The position numbers were made by a program, and so were the translations under genes. Source: Chitinophagaceae bacterium (GTDB taxonomy: Bacteria; Bacteroidota; Bacteroidia; Chitinophagales; Chitinophagaceae). Taken from it: a DNA stretch of 37,132 nucleotides. The notes under the pieces were generated by a model, which was not told the origin of the DNA, made no database searches, and worked only from the letters and a program-made list of their open reading frames with translations. Shown here in pieces: positions 26,002 to 36,664 of this stretch (position 1 is its first letter; each line of letters opens with the position of its first letter). The stretch lies in NCBI GenBank assembly GCA_947455425.1, contig CANGOT010000001.1:1-37132 (forward strand), in the 5' to 3' direction.

Positions 26002-26514
26002 TCAATGCTCCCATTTTAAACGCTGTTCCATTTCATCTTCATTTTTGTCTAAAAGGTTTTCAAGTGCATCATAAATAGAAGCCAGCTGGACATCCCGTTC
26101 ACCAAATTCTTTTTGCATTTCTATGCGTAGTTCATTTATTTGTTCAGACAGGTTTTTGTGTTTATTTATGTAATTTCTTATTGAAATAAATGTTCTTACA
26201 ATTGTAATATTTACTTCTATTGCTTTGCTCGAATTCAGTACACTTGCCAACATTGTAAGTCCATGTTCTGTAAATGCAAAAGGCATATAACGAATCCCAC
26301 CACGTTTTGAGGTGCTAAAATTGCACCTCAAACCCTCAAACTCAATTTTGGTTAGTTCAAACATAAAATCTGAAGGAAACTTTTTTATATTCTGTTTTAC
26401 GGCTCTCTTCAAATATTTAGTTTCGGTTTCATATAGTTCTGCCAGATCAAAATCTAACATTACTTTTTGCCCTCTTACTTCATAAATCTTATTTTTTATT
26501 ATAGCAGCATCCAT
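26002..26514 (-). CDS. ORF6N-domain (KilA-N-like DNA-binding) protein
   Basis: IYEVRGQKVMLDFDLAELYETETKYLKRAVKQNIKKFPSDFMFELT and GGIRYMPFAFTEHGLTMLASVLNS match the ORF6N pattern. Start taken as MDAAII; the ORF track extends to 26547. Confidence 0.8.
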   Translation of the reverse strand: MDAAIIKNKIYEVRGQKVMLDFDLAELYETETKYLKRAVKQNIKKFPSDFMFELTKIEFEGLRCNFSTSKRGGIRYMPFAFTEHGLTMLASVLNSSKAIEVNITIVRTFISIRNYINKHKNLSEQINELRIEMQKEFGERDVQLASIYDALENLLDKNEDEMEQRLKWEH

Positions 26515-26558
26515 TATCAATAACTTATTTCTGGTATATAAAACCATAAGGTATAGTA

Positions 26559-29177
26559 CTAACTCGCATCTTCTCTTTCTTTCAATTCTTTTATTTTATC
26601 TAAAGCACCTGCTACCACATCGCACATTACGGTGTATAAAGCACCGGGTTTGTAATTGGCATAAATATGTTCTAGTGCTAAGTTTTCGTTGGCAATAACT
26701 GTTTGTGGTATATTAGGGTTCACACTGTTTATACCTTCTTGCAACAAAGTGATGATTTCTTCTGGAGTTCTGCCACGAAGGTTTTTATCACAACGAATAA
26801 TGATTTCATCGAAGTGTTGTACAGAAATAGCACCTAATTCTCTGATATCTTCATCGCGTCTATCGCCCGTTCCACTAATAACACCAACACGATATTTATA
26901 ATCGAGCTTGCTAATGAAATCGCACAGTAATCTTAACCCGTGTGGATTGTGTGCAAAGTCAGCCAAAAAGGTAAAATGTTTAAAATGGAAGAAGTTAAGA
27001 CGACCAGGAGTTGTGCTGCTGCCAGCTACAAATGTTTGCAAGCCAGTTTTAATGTCATCTATTGAAATAGTTTTAAACAAGTAAGAAGCCATAACACTTG
27101 GTAAACAATTGGCTACATTGTGTAATGCTTTACCCTCGAAGGTTAAAGGAATTTCTTTCACATTCATTACACGAATTTTCCAGGTGCCTTTTAATACCGT
27201 TACAAAACCATTTTCGTACACCGTTGCTAAACCTCCTTTGCTGCAATGTGCTTTAATGCGTGGATTATTTTCATCCATACTAAATAAGGCGATATTGCAC
27301 TTCAATCTATCTTTTATTTTATATACCAAATCATCATCGGCATTTAATACAGCATAACCGTGTGGGTAAACCGTTTCGGCAACAACAGCTTTTACATCTG
27401 CCATTTGCTCAATAGTATTAATACCGCCAAGTCCCATATGGTCTGCTGCAACGTTTGTTACAATGGCCACATCGCAATGTTGAAACGCTAAACCATTTTT
27501 TAAGATACCGCCTCTGGCACATTCCAACACAGCAAAATCAACAGTAGGGTCTTTAAGTACAAATGCACTTGAAATAGGCCCGGTGCAATCGCCTCGCATC
27601 ATTAACTGATTTTGAATATACACACCATCGCTAGTGGTGTAGCCGACTTTCTTTCCTGCTGTTTTACATAGATGTGCTGTAAGTCTTGTGGTAGTGGTTT
27701 TACCATTAGTACCCGTAACAGCAATAATTGGAATACGACCATTGCCTCTATCTGGGAACAACATATCCACCACTGGTTCTGCCACATTACGGCCAATACC
27801 TTCGCTTGGATCAATATGCATTCTAAAGCCCGGAGCAGCATTTACTTCGAGGATAGCACCCCCATTTTCAGTTACCGGTGTGCGTAAATCTTTGGCCATA
27901 ATATCAATACCACATATATCTAAGCCAATGATTTTTGCAATACGCTCACACATAAAAATATTAGCAGGGTGTACTTCATCAGTTACATCTGTAGATGTAC
28001 CACCTGTACTCAGATTAGCAGTGGTTTTAAGCAATACCAGTTCATCTTTTGCTGGAATAGTTTCTAAAGTATAGCCTTTATCTTCCAGCATTTTCATAGT
28101 GCTGCCATCCACATTAATTTGTGTTAAAACTTTTTCGTGACCATATCCTCTGCGAGGATCTTTATTGGTTTCATCAATCAACCATTGAATCGTATGTTCT
28201 CCATCACCAGTAACAGCTGCTGGTGTTCGCAATGCAGCACAAATGAATTTAGAATTAATAACTAAAACCCTAAAGTCGAAGCCAGTAATAAAACGCTCAA
28301 CGATTACACTTCTGCCATATACTTTAGCAGCTTCAAATGCAGTAAGGGCTTGCTCCCAGGTAGTAATATTGGTTGTATTTCCTTTTCCGTGATTTCCATC
28401 GATAGGTTTTATTACTAATGGGTAACCATATTTCTCTACCGCTTCCTGAAGCCCAACTTCAGTTCTGATAACAGTACCACGAGGTACAGGAATTTCGGCG
28501 GCACCTAATAGGTTTTTTGTTTCTTCTTTATCGCAGGCGATATCTACAGCAATATTGCTGGTAGTGCTTGCAATAGTTGCTCTGATGCGTTTTTGATGAA
28601 CACCATAACCTAATTGCACCAGACTATGTTTGTTTAAACGAATAAAAGGAATACCACGTTTTGCAGCTTCCTCTACTATGCACCCTGTGCTTGGTCCAAG
28701 ACGAGTGTCTTCACGTATTTCACGAAGCTCCTGAATATCTGCTGGCAAATCATAATCTGTTCCATCCACCAATGCTTGTGCAATTTTTACGGATGCTTTT
28801 GCAGCATACACACCAGCATCTTCTTCCATATAACTAAATACTACATTATACTCTCCTTCTTTACCAGTGCCACGTGTTCTACCAAAGCCGGTATCCATAC
28901 CAGCAAGGGTTTGAATCTCTAAAGCAATATGTTCAATCACGTGTCCCATCCAGGTGCCTTCTTTAACACGAGAGAAAAAACCACCTGGTTTATCTTCACT
29001 ACAACGATGATCATACAAACTAGGAATTAGTTTTTCGAGACGCTCTAAAAAACCATCAATTTCATTTGTTGGCTTTTGCTCTAACTCTTCTAATTGCAAA
29101 CGCATTTGAATGAGTTTACCACGACGAACGCTCCAATAATTAGGACCACGAAGGATTTTGATTTCTTCAATTTTCAT
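26559..29177 (-). CDS. cphA: Cyanophycin synthetase
   Basis: N-terminal ILRGPNYWS..., HRCSE, GTWMGHVIEHIALE, an ATP-grasp core and a Mur-ligase-like C-terminal half (GTNGKTTT); 872 aa. Confidence 0.93.
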   Translation of the reverse strand: MKIEEIKILRGPNYWSVRRGKLIQMRLQLEELEQKPTNEIDGFLERLEKLIPSLYDHRCSEDKPGGFFSRVKEGTWMGHVIEHIALEIQTLAGMDTGFGRTRGTGKEGEYNVVFSYMEEDAGVYAAKASVKIAQALVDGTDYDLPADIQELREIREDTRLGPSTGCIVEEAAKRGIPFIRLNKHSLVQLGYGVHQKRIRATIASTTSNIAVDIACDKEETKNLLGAAEIPVPRGTVIRTEVGLQEAVEKYGYPLVIKPIDGNHGKGNTTNITTWEQALTAFEAAKVYGRSVIVERFITGFDFRVLVINSKFICAALRTPAAVTGDGEHTIQWLIDETNKDPRRGYGHEKVLTQINVDGSTMKMLEDKGYTLETIPAKDELVLLKTTANLSTGGTSTDVTDEVHPANIFMCERIAKIIGLDICGIDIMAKDLRTPVTENGGAILEVNAAPGFRMHIDPSEGIGRNVAEPVVDMLFPDRGNGRIPIIAVTGTNGKTTTTRLTAHLCKTAGKKVGYTTSDGVYIQNQLMMRGDCTGPISSAFVLKDPTVDFAVLECARGGILKNGLAFQHCDVAIVTNVAADHMGLGGINTIEQMADVKAVVAETVYPHGYAVLNADDDLVYKIKDRLKCNIALFSMDENNPRIKAHCSKGGLATVYENGFVTVLKGTWKIRVMNVKEIPLTFEGKALHNVANCLPSVMASYLFKTISIDDIKTGLQTFVAGSSTTPGRLNFFHFKHFTFLADFAHNPHGLRLLCDFISKLDYKYRVGVISGTGDRRDEDIRELGAISVQHFDEIIIRCDKNLRGRTPEEIITLLQEGINSVNPNIPQTVIANENLALEHIYANYKPGALYTVMCDVVAGALDKIKELKEREDAS

Positions 29178-29250
29178 ATTCAGTTGTGTTTAGTTGTTTA
29201 TTTTATTGCTTAGGTTTGAAAGATATGGAATTTTATGAAGTAGCAAAATT

Positions 29251-31350
29251 CTACTTAGAAATTGGCACAATACTTATGGCACAACCACCACTTGCTGCAA
29301 GTGATAATGGCAATACTGTATTACTATCTACCGTTATTGTTGTAATTTGATAAGCCTGTGGATTTGTTTGCCAGTCTGCATCTTTGGCATCTGCGTAAAT
29401 GGTTGCCTTATATTTTTTGTTTTTGTCTAAGAAGTTTAAAGTAATGCTTGTTTGTCTTGCTTTTTCGTTGGTAATAGCACCTACAAACCAAGTATCTTTT
29501 TTCTTTGCTTTACGAGCAGTTGTAATGTATTCTCCAGGTTCTGCTTCCAGGTATTTGCTATCATCCCAGTCAACCGCCACATCTTTAATAAACTGAAAAG
29601 CATCTAAATGTTTCTCGTAGCTTTCTGGCAAGTCGGCAGCCATTTGTAGTGGGCTACAAAACACCACGTATAATGCTAATTGTTTGGCAATAGTGGTGTG
29701 TACTTTCTGTGTTTTGGTTTTATCCCAATAGCTTAAGTCCATTTGAAAAATACCCGGTGTAAAATCCATGGGTCCACCCATCATTCTGGTAAAAGGCATA
29801 ATGGTTTCGTGATTAGGATTATTACCTTTACTAAAAGCATTGAATTCCATACCGCGACCCGCTTCGCAAGCCAGCCAGTTAGGATATGTTCTTTGTAACC
29901 CTGTAGGGCGAACAGGTTCATGAGCATCTAACATAATTTGAAACTGTGCTGTTTTTTGAGCCACATGCACATAGTGGTTTACCATAGTTTGTCCATCGTG
30001 ATGTTCGCCTCTCGGAATAATTTTGCCTACATAGCCTGTTTTTACTGCATCGTAACCAAATTGTTTCATAAAACGATAGGCAGTATCCATCTGTCTTTCA
30101 TAGTTAGATGCCGAGCCCGATGTTTCGTGATGCATTATGATTTTAACATTCTTTGACTTTGCATATTGTTGCAATTCCTTCACATTAAAATCGGGATAGG
30201 GTGTAACAAAATCAAATACTTTTTCTTTCCACTGTCCAAACCAGTCTTCCCAGCCAACATTCCATCCTTCCACCAAAATAGCATCGAATTTGTGCTTACT
30301 GGCAAAGTCTATATATTTTTTAACTTTGGCAGTATTTGCAGCGTGTTTACCACTGGCATAATCCCAGGTTCCTTTGCCAATAAACATTTCCCACCAAACA
30401 CCCATAAACTTAGTAGGCTTTATCCAGGAGGTGTTTTTAATAGCCGAAGGTTCGTTGAGATTCAAAATAATCTTAGACGCTAAAATATCGGTTGCTTTAT
30501 CACTCACAATAATGGTTCTCCAAGGTGTTGTTGCAGGAGCTTGCAAATACGCTTTATTGCCAACAGCATCGGGCACTAAAACAGCAGATAGATTATAGTT
30601 GGATTTATTAATCTCTAGATTCATTGCCGGATAATTTACCAGTGCTGCTTCGTGAATATTGATATAAATACCATCGGTAGTTTTTAGCATTAAAGGGGTT
30701 TGAACAGTGTTGGCATTAACAGGTGTTTTTACAGCAATCTCTGGGTTGGTGCTGGTAATACTTAGAGCGTCTACATCGCTGAGGTTGGTAATACTTGGCT
30801 GATATTCGTTGCTATCAAAATCTCCCGGAATCCAAAAGGCTTTATGATTGCCTGTTAAATGAAACGCTGTGTTTTCTTCATTTACAATAAAATGATTCAG
30901 ATTTTTTTGTTTGGGGAATTCATATCTAAAACCAAATCCGTCATCAAATACTCTAAATACAATATTTAACGCTAACCCTTCCCCCGATTGCTGTTTCAAC
31001 TTAATGAATAAAGTGGTATGGTGATCGGTAATCTCTTTTCTATCACCCCAAACGGGTTGCCAATTTTGGTGGTAGCTGGATGTGTCTGCTCCTATTATTG
31101 CTAAGTTTTTATTTAGTGGCTGATATATTTTTCCATTAAATATTTCTTTTAACTCAAACCCAAGTGTTGATGGCAGTATGAAGGGTTTGTTTTTGTAGAA
31201 AGCCTCGTATTGTGGTTCTCCTGTTTCTGTGAGAATGAAATTAAGTTTTACATTCCCATTGGGTGAAGCAATGGATTTTATTTGTTGTGCAACAAGCAAA
31301 TTAGTTAGTAGTGTTGTTGTAATAATTGCCAGTATTTTTTTTAAAGACAT
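29251..31350 (-). CDS. Glycoside hydrolase family 97 (SusB-like alpha-glucosidase)
   Basis: Signal peptide, SPNGNVKLNF start, ~700 aa, and WWEMF / HHETSG / EAGRGMEF blocks typical of GH97. Confidence 0.8.
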   Translation of the reverse strand: MSLKKILAIITTTLLTNLLVAQQIKSIASPNGNVKLNFILTETGEPQYEAFYKNKPFILPSTLGFELKEIFNGKIYQPLNKNLAIIGADTSSYHQNWQPVWGDRKEITDHHTTLFIKLKQQSGEGLALNIVFRVFDDGFGFRYEFPKQKNLNHFIVNEENTAFHLTGNHKAFWIPGDFDSNEYQPSITNLSDVDALSITSTNPEIAVKTPVNANTVQTPLMLKTTDGIYINIHEAALVNYPAMNLEINKSNYNLSAVLVPDAVGNKAYLQAPATTPWRTIIVSDKATDILASKIILNLNEPSAIKNTSWIKPTKFMGVWWEMFIGKGTWDYASGKHAANTAKVKKYIDFASKHKFDAILVEGWNVGWEDWFGQWKEKVFDFVTPYPDFNVKELQQYAKSKNVKIIMHHETSGSASNYERQMDTAYRFMKQFGYDAVKTGYVGKIIPRGEHHDGQTMVNHYVHVAQKTAQFQIMLDAHEPVRPTGLQRTYPNWLACEAGRGMEFNAFSKGNNPNHETIMPFTRMMGGPMDFTPGIFQMDLSYWDKTKTQKVHTTIAKQLALYVVFCSPLQMAADLPESYEKHLDAFQFIKDVAVDWDDSKYLEAEPGEYITTARKAKKKDTWFVGAITNEKARQTSITLNFLDKNKKYKATIYADAKDADWQTNPQAYQITTITVDSNTVLPLSLAASGGCAISIVPISK

Positions 31351-31462
31351 AAGAATTTTTAATTAGAGGTGAAAGATAAGTAATGCGTGCATTTGATAAA
31401 ACTTATTCATATTTTTTCTTTGTAATAGAGAGTTAAAAAAATTGTTTTATATCTTCGTTTTA

Positions 31463-32377
31463 GTGAGAGCCACAATTTATAAATCTACAGGAAGCTGGTA
31501 CATTGCCGAAACAGAAAACGGCTTGCGATTGAATGCAAGAATAAAAGGTATTTTTAAAATAGATAATATCACCAGCACCAATCCTATTGCGGTAGGTGAT
31601 GAAGTTGAAATGGTGATGGAGAACGAACTTGAAGGTACGGCTACCATTACAAAAATATTCGACCGAAGAAATTATGTGGCTCGTGTATCGCCCCACAATA
31701 AACACCAGCACCATATTGTTGCAAGCAATCTTGATCAAAGTGTTTTGTTTGCAACACTTAAAAGCCCAAAAACATCTCAAGGCTTTATTGATAGATTTTT
31801 AGTGGCTTGCGAAATGCATCATATACCAGCCATTGTTGTGTTTAACAAAGCAGATATTTATGAAGAAAAAGAGATTGACCGGTTTTTAAACTTGCAAGAC
31901 ATGTATCAAAAAATTGGATACAGAATTGTTTTAGCTAGTATGCAAACTCAGGATGGACTTGATGTTTTGAAAGAAATATTAAAAGATAAAACTACCTTGT
32001 TGAGTGGCCATAGTGGTACAGGAAAATCAACTTTTATTAATCATCTTTTTCCAGAGCTTGATTTAAAAACTACGGAAGTGAGTGATTGGAGTGGTAAGGG
32101 TATGCATACCACCACATTTGCTCAGATGTATCATTTGCCTTTTGGTGGAAAAATAATTGACACTCCTGGTATTAAAGAACTGGGTTTAGTAGATGTAACA
32201 AAACAAGAATTAAGTGGTTATTTCCCAGAAATGAAAAAGCATTTACCAAACTGTAAGTTCAATAACTGTTTGCATATAAACGAACTTACCTGTGGCATTA
32301 AACAGGCTATTGGCAACAACGAAATAAGTTTTGATAGATACCAGAGTTATTATAATATTTTAGAGAGTCTTGGTTAA
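31463..32377 (+). CDS. rsgA: Ribosome small-subunit-dependent GTPase A
   Basis: OB-fold N-terminus (VGDEVEM), a circularly permuted GTPase (VFNKADI ... GHSGTGKST ... DTPG) and a C-terminal Zn motif (CKFNNCLH). The start is uncertain: GTG at 31463 or TTG at 31442. Confidence 0.88.
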   Translation: MRATIYKSTGSWYIAETENGLRLNARIKGIFKIDNITSTNPIAVGDEVEMVMENELEGTATITKIFDRRNYVARVSPHNKHQHHIVASNLDQSVLFATLKSPKTSQGFIDRFLVACEMHHIPAIVVFNKADIYEEKEIDRFLNLQDMYQKIGYRIVLASMQTQDGLDVLKEILKDKTTLLSGHSGTGKSTFINHLFPELDLKTTEVSDWSGKGMHTTTFAQMYHLPFGGKIIDTPGIKELGLVDVTKQELSGYFPEMKKHLPNCKFNNCLHINELTCGIKQAIGNNEISFDRYQSYYNILESLG

Positions 32378-32462
32378 TGAGTTAATTAGCAAATGTGCTA
32401 ATGTGAAAATGAACCTATAATTATTTTTTACGTTTTAAAAGCCTCTTTGGGGGTTGGGTAAT

Positions 32463-33185
32463 ATGAAAACACTTTGTTTAGATTTTGGAAACACGCGTCA
32501 AAAATGTGCTGTATTTATTAATGATGAGTTGATTGATGTTACTGTGTTAGACAGCTCATCAAACAACGATTTATTGAAACTTATTGAAGAACATCATCCC
32601 ACATATTCTATTCTTTCTTCTGTTATTAATCATAACATTGAAGTAGAAGAAATTCTTGCTGCAAACTCGCATTTTCATAAGCTAAATTATCAAAGCAAAT
32701 TACCCATTAGCACACCTGTTGGAAAGCCTGAAACTATTGGTGCAGACAGGTTGGCCATATGCAGTGCTGCTGCAAATATGTTTCCACAACAACATAATTT
32801 AGCCATTGGTTTAGGCACTTGCATAACCTATAATTTCATCAATAAATTTGGTGAGTTTTTTGGGGGCAGCATTTCACCAGGCATGCTGATGCGTTTTAAA
32901 GCCATGAACGACTATACTGCATTATTGCCAATAGTAAAAGCCGAGCATCAATTTCCATTGGTGGGTTACGACACTAAAACAAATTTATTGAGTGGTGTGT
33001 TGTATGGTTTAGCAAAAGAAGTAGATGGTATTATAGATTTATATGAAGCAAAGTATGACAACCTAAATATTGTATTAACAGGAGGTGATGCTGAATTTTT
33101 CTCGCAACATCTTACAAACAAAATAAACTATGAGCCCAATTTATTGTTTAAGGGTTTATTAGCAATCAGTAAATCCAATAAATAA
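32463..33185 (+). CDS. coaX: Type III pantothenate kinase
   Basis: MKTLCLDFGNTR, GADRL and the size. The ATG at 32463 is preferred over the TTG at 32454. Confidence 0.8.
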   Translation: MKTLCLDFGNTRQKCAVFINDELIDVTVLDSSSNNDLLKLIEEHHPTYSILSSVINHNIEVEEILAANSHFHKLNYQSKLPISTPVGKPETIGADRLAICSAAANMFPQQHNLAIGLGTCITYNFINKFGEFFGGSISPGMLMRFKAMNDYTALLPIVKAEHQFPLVGYDTKTNLLSGVLYGLAKEVDGIIDLYEAKYDNLNIVLTGGDAEFFSQHLTNKINYEPNLLFKGLLAISKSNK

Positions 33186-33263
33186 AGTTTAACAAAAAAT
33201 TATTCACATTAGCTACATCTATAAAATTTTTTTAAGTAGATTGCGTTAGTTTATTTTAGCGTT

Positions 33264-33785
33264 ATGAAAACAATCAGAATATTATCCCTACTTATAGTTG
33301 TATTTTTTTCCAACACATCTTTCAAAAAACTAATTGGGAAAGATGATTTTTATATTGTTGTAAGCAAACACAATTATTCAATTAGTATTTATGATGCTGA
33401 TAACAATTTTATAGTTAGCTATCCTGCAACATTTGGTAGCAATGATTTAGGCGATAAAATGTATGAAGGCGATAGACGTACCCCCGAAGGAACTTTTCAT
33501 ATTGTAAGCAAAAGAGTGCATCCAAAATGGGATAGATTTATGGCTCTAGATTATCCAACAGCAGAGAGCTATCAAAAATTTAATGAAAGAAAAGCTGCTG
33601 GCGAAATTCCTCAAAACGCCAGAATTGGTGGTAGCATTGGCATTCATGGTACCTGGCCCAAAGAAGATTGGGCTGTTGATTTGCACCAAAGCTGGACACA
33701 GGGCTGTGTGAGCACAAAGAATATTTATGTAGATGAAATATACAGTCAATTACCTGTAGGTACTAGGGTTGAGATTGTCCCTTAG
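33264..33785 (+). CDS. L,D-transpeptidase (YkuD) domain protein
   Basis: Signal peptide. GIHGT...GCVS is the catalytic His/Cys motif. Confidence 0.75.
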   Translation: MKTIRILSLLIVVFFSNTSFKKLIGKDDFYIVVSKHNYSISIYDADNNFIVSYPATFGSNDLGDKMYEGDRRTPEGTFHIVSKRVHPKWDRFMALDYPTAESYQKFNERKAAGEIPQNARIGGSIGIHGTWPKEDWAVDLHQSWTQGCVSTKNIYVDEIYSQLPVGTRVEIVP

Positions 33786-33874
33786 ATTTTTCTTAAAGTG
33801 TATTAACCACTATTATAGTCTAATCATTTCTTGCGAATAGAAATGTTATTTTAAAATTTACCTTTTCAGATTTT

Positions 33875-34552
33875 TTAGTATATAAGCTTATACCCAACGC
33901 CCCTTATGGTGATTATTTGTATGGATGCATCCTCATGTAAATAGGTTCTTAACTTAGAAAGGTACACATCCAAAATTCGACTATTAAAAAAAGTATTACT
34001 ACCCCAAACTGTTTTTAATAATTCATCTCTTTTAACAATACTGTTTTTATTACTTGCCAGCAATCGTAACACTTCAGCTTCTTTAAATGAAAGTTCATAT
34101 TCTTTAGTAGGGGAAACTAATAATTGGCGGGAAAAATTAAATATGAATTGACCCAAACCAAATTCTGTGTTAACAGCAACATTTGATTTGTTAAACCTTA
34201 ATAAATTTTCTATCCGCACAATCAACTCTTCGAGGCTAAATGGTTTTTTTACATAATCGTTAGCTCCTGCTTTAAAGGCATCCAAAACATCCTGCGTTTG
34301 TGTTTTTGCAGTAAGAAAAATAATAGGTATGCTATCAGATAACTGCCTAATATTTGAGGCTATTTCAATTCCCGATGCAGATGGTAACATCATATCTAAA
34401 ATACAAATATCTGGCTGCTGTTTATTGAACATTATCATTGCCTTGGGGCTGTCTTTTAGCCATTCAACCTGATACCCAATTCGGTTAAGTGTTTCTTGTA
34501 CAATACTGCCAAGTGTTTCATCATCTTCCACAAAAAGAATTTTGGTGCTCAT
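33875..34552 (-). CDS. OmpR/PhoB-type response regulator
   Basis: Receiver domain (ILFVEDD, ICILDMMLP, LTAK) plus a winged-helix C-terminus (IRGVGYKL). The start overlaps the kinase stop (TAATG). Confidence 0.9.
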   Translation of the reverse strand: MSTKILFVEDDETLGSIVQETLNRIGYQVEWLKDSPKAMIMFNKQQPDICILDMMLPSASGIEIASNIRQLSDSIPIIFLTAKTQTQDVLDAFKAGANDYVKKPFSLEELIVRIENLLRFNKSNVAVNTEFGLGQFIFNFSRQLLVSPTKEYELSFKEAEVLRLLASNKNSIVKRDELLKTVWGSNTFFNSRILDVYLSKLRTYLHEDASIQIITIRGVGYKLIY

Positions 34553-35844
34553 TAAATCGATTGGTTTAATATTATAGTAAATGTGCTGCCTTGATTAATG
34601 TTGCTTTGCACTGTTATGGCACCATTGTGCAAGTTCATTATATGTGTAACATAGCTTAGACCAAGTCCATAACCCGCAACATTATTTTTAGGAACCCTAT
34701 AAAATTTTTCAAATATGCTACTTTGGTATTTTTCATCTATTCCTATACCATTGTCTTGTATAGCAATTTTAAACTGGTGATTCAAACCAGATAATTCAAT
34801 ATTAATAACAGGATGTTCTTTGCAATATTTTATGGCATTATCGATTAGATTAAAAAGTACGGTTTTAATATGTGTTTTGTCTGCAAGAATATTAGTATTA
34901 TCTGTTGTGCAATTAAAAGTAACATTGGCTTTAAATTTTTCAAACTGAGGCTGCATGGTACTTATTACTTCCTCTATCAAATTTTTTAAAAAGAACCGCT
35001 CTTTTTGCAACTCAATTTTATTATGCTCAAATGCAGATAACTTTAAAACCCTGTCTACTAAAAAACTTAATCTATTTAACTCTTTTGACGAAGCATTGAG
35101 ATACTTAAAGGTTAAGTTTTTATCATCATAAGCTCCAAACTTGGTAATGGCTTCAATGGCAACAGATACTCATGCTATAGGTGTTTTAAGTTCGTGAGTA
35201 ATGGTGGTTACAAAATCATTTTTAAAAGCAATCAACTCCTTTTGTGCTACAATCATTTTATACGTATATATACTTCCTAAAATAATAGTTAGTAGTTCGA
35301 GTAACGCTATAACAATCTGATTTTTCACTTTTTTTAAAACCAACATATCTAAGTTCTGTACTTGAACAAAATACACAATTGACCTACTTTGGATAGTAGC
35401 AATTTTATCTGTTAAAAAATAATTTGTAGGTATGATATGATTTTTTGAATCTGAAATGGTTTCTTCAGAAACCATACACTCAATTGGTAATGCTGGTAGT
35501 GCTTGCTGAATCTTTTTCCTAAAAATAGAGTCAATGGTTTTAATATTTATATATTCCTTTTTTGATTTAACCTCACTAATGTCAAGAGTGTCTGTATCAT
35601 ATCTTAATTTATATTGAGGAATAAAATTGTTAAGTAAACTAGCGGTAAAAGCAATATCTTTTTTTACAACAAATATTTCAATTTCCTGTATTGATTCTTT
35701 AAAAGCAATATTAATTTTTCTCTCAATCAGTTCTTTTTGGTTTTTATAACTATTGGTCAGCCAATATATCTGAAACATAGCAATCGCTGCACAAACAACA
35801 ATAAACACAACACTTATTTTTTTATATTGCTTCATTGTAAACAA
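34552..35844 (-). pseudogene. Sensor histidine kinase interrupted by a single in-frame TGA (at 35170-35172)
   Basis: The minus strand reads ...TITHELKTPIA-TGA-VSVAIEAITKF...KELNRLSFLVDRVLKLS...HATPase_c in one frame. ORFs 35170-35844 and 34552-35010 are two halves of one gene. Confidence 0.8.
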
Positions 35845-35953
35845 AAATATAGTTTATAGTTGTTGTTAATTTATTTTAACATTAATTAACAAACAGGTTA
35901 GATTGTTTAAGATAAGTTCTACTTCTTTTGTGGCATCATTTAGAGTAAATTTT

Positions 35954-36664
35954 ATGAGTAAATTTTGTTTGTCATTTTTTTTTCTTTTAACCAGTCTACA
36001 CATTCGTGCACAGATGAGCGAGGGTGTAATTGAATATGAAAAAAAAATAACAACCAAAAAAATAATCGCATTCAATGGAGAAATTAAAACCTTAAATGCA
36101 CCTATTAATTTAAAAACCAAATCGGTTTTAAAGTTTAATTCAAAAGTATATAGTTATAAACCTTCTGTAGAGCAAAATGAAGATACTCTTTTAGAATCGG
36201 ATGGTATAAAGCGTTTCATTTTAGAAAAAATGGGAGAATATGACCAGTATTATTTTGTACTAAATAAAAGAGAAGGCTACAAAGTAGTAGGCACATTCTA
36301 CGACATATATACAATTAACAATTTTTTTATTCCCTACACATATACGGTTACCAACGACACAAAAAAAATTTTAGGATACAGTTGTAAAAAAGCAACACTA
36401 AATATTACAACAAAAAATGCCTTGGAAAAAATCATAATATGGTTTACTACTCAATTACCTAAAAATATGGGACCAGAAGGGTTTAGAGGTTTGGAAGGAA
36501 CTATTTTGGAAGTAAATATTGATAATAATATTTCCTTAACTGCTACAAGTGTTAAAGCTTCAAAAAACCAGAGAATAATTAAACCAAATTATGGCACATT
36601 AATGACTTATAGTGCCTATAAAAAACGAAAACAAAAAACGAAAACAATAAAAACAAAAAAATGA
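35954..36664 (+). CDS. GLPGLI-family protein
   Basis: Signal peptide MSKFCLSFFFLLTSLHIRAQ. GPEGFRGLEGTILEV corresponds to the GP..f.GLPGLI motif. The start at M18 of the track ORF is preferred. Confidence 0.65.
   Translation: MSKFCLSFFFLLTSLHIRAQMSEGVIEYEKKITTKKIIAFNGEIKTLNAPINLKTKSVLKFNSKVYSYKPSVEQNEDTLLESDGIKRFILEKMGEYDQYYFVLNKREGYKVVGTFYDIYTINNFFIPYTYTVTNDTKKILGYSCKKATLNITTKNALEKIIIWFTTQLPKNMGPEGFRGLEGTILEVNIDNNISLTATSVKASKNQRIIKPNYGTLMTYSAYKKRKQKTKTIKTKK

Noticed and set aside
35170-35172. TGA recoding (Trp, Gly or Sec) in the histidine kinase
   Set aside because: TGA acts as an ordinary stop at 11490-11492, 26002-26004 and the ATGA overlap at 36662-36665, and no SECIS-like context is evident. 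A nonsense mutation or sequencing error is more likely.
35866-36120. 84-aa minus-strand ORF and the 36872-37057 plus-strand ORF
   Set aside because: The first overlaps the GLPGLI gene's 5' end. The second is out of frame within the longer open frame 36662-37132, which has a signal peptide.
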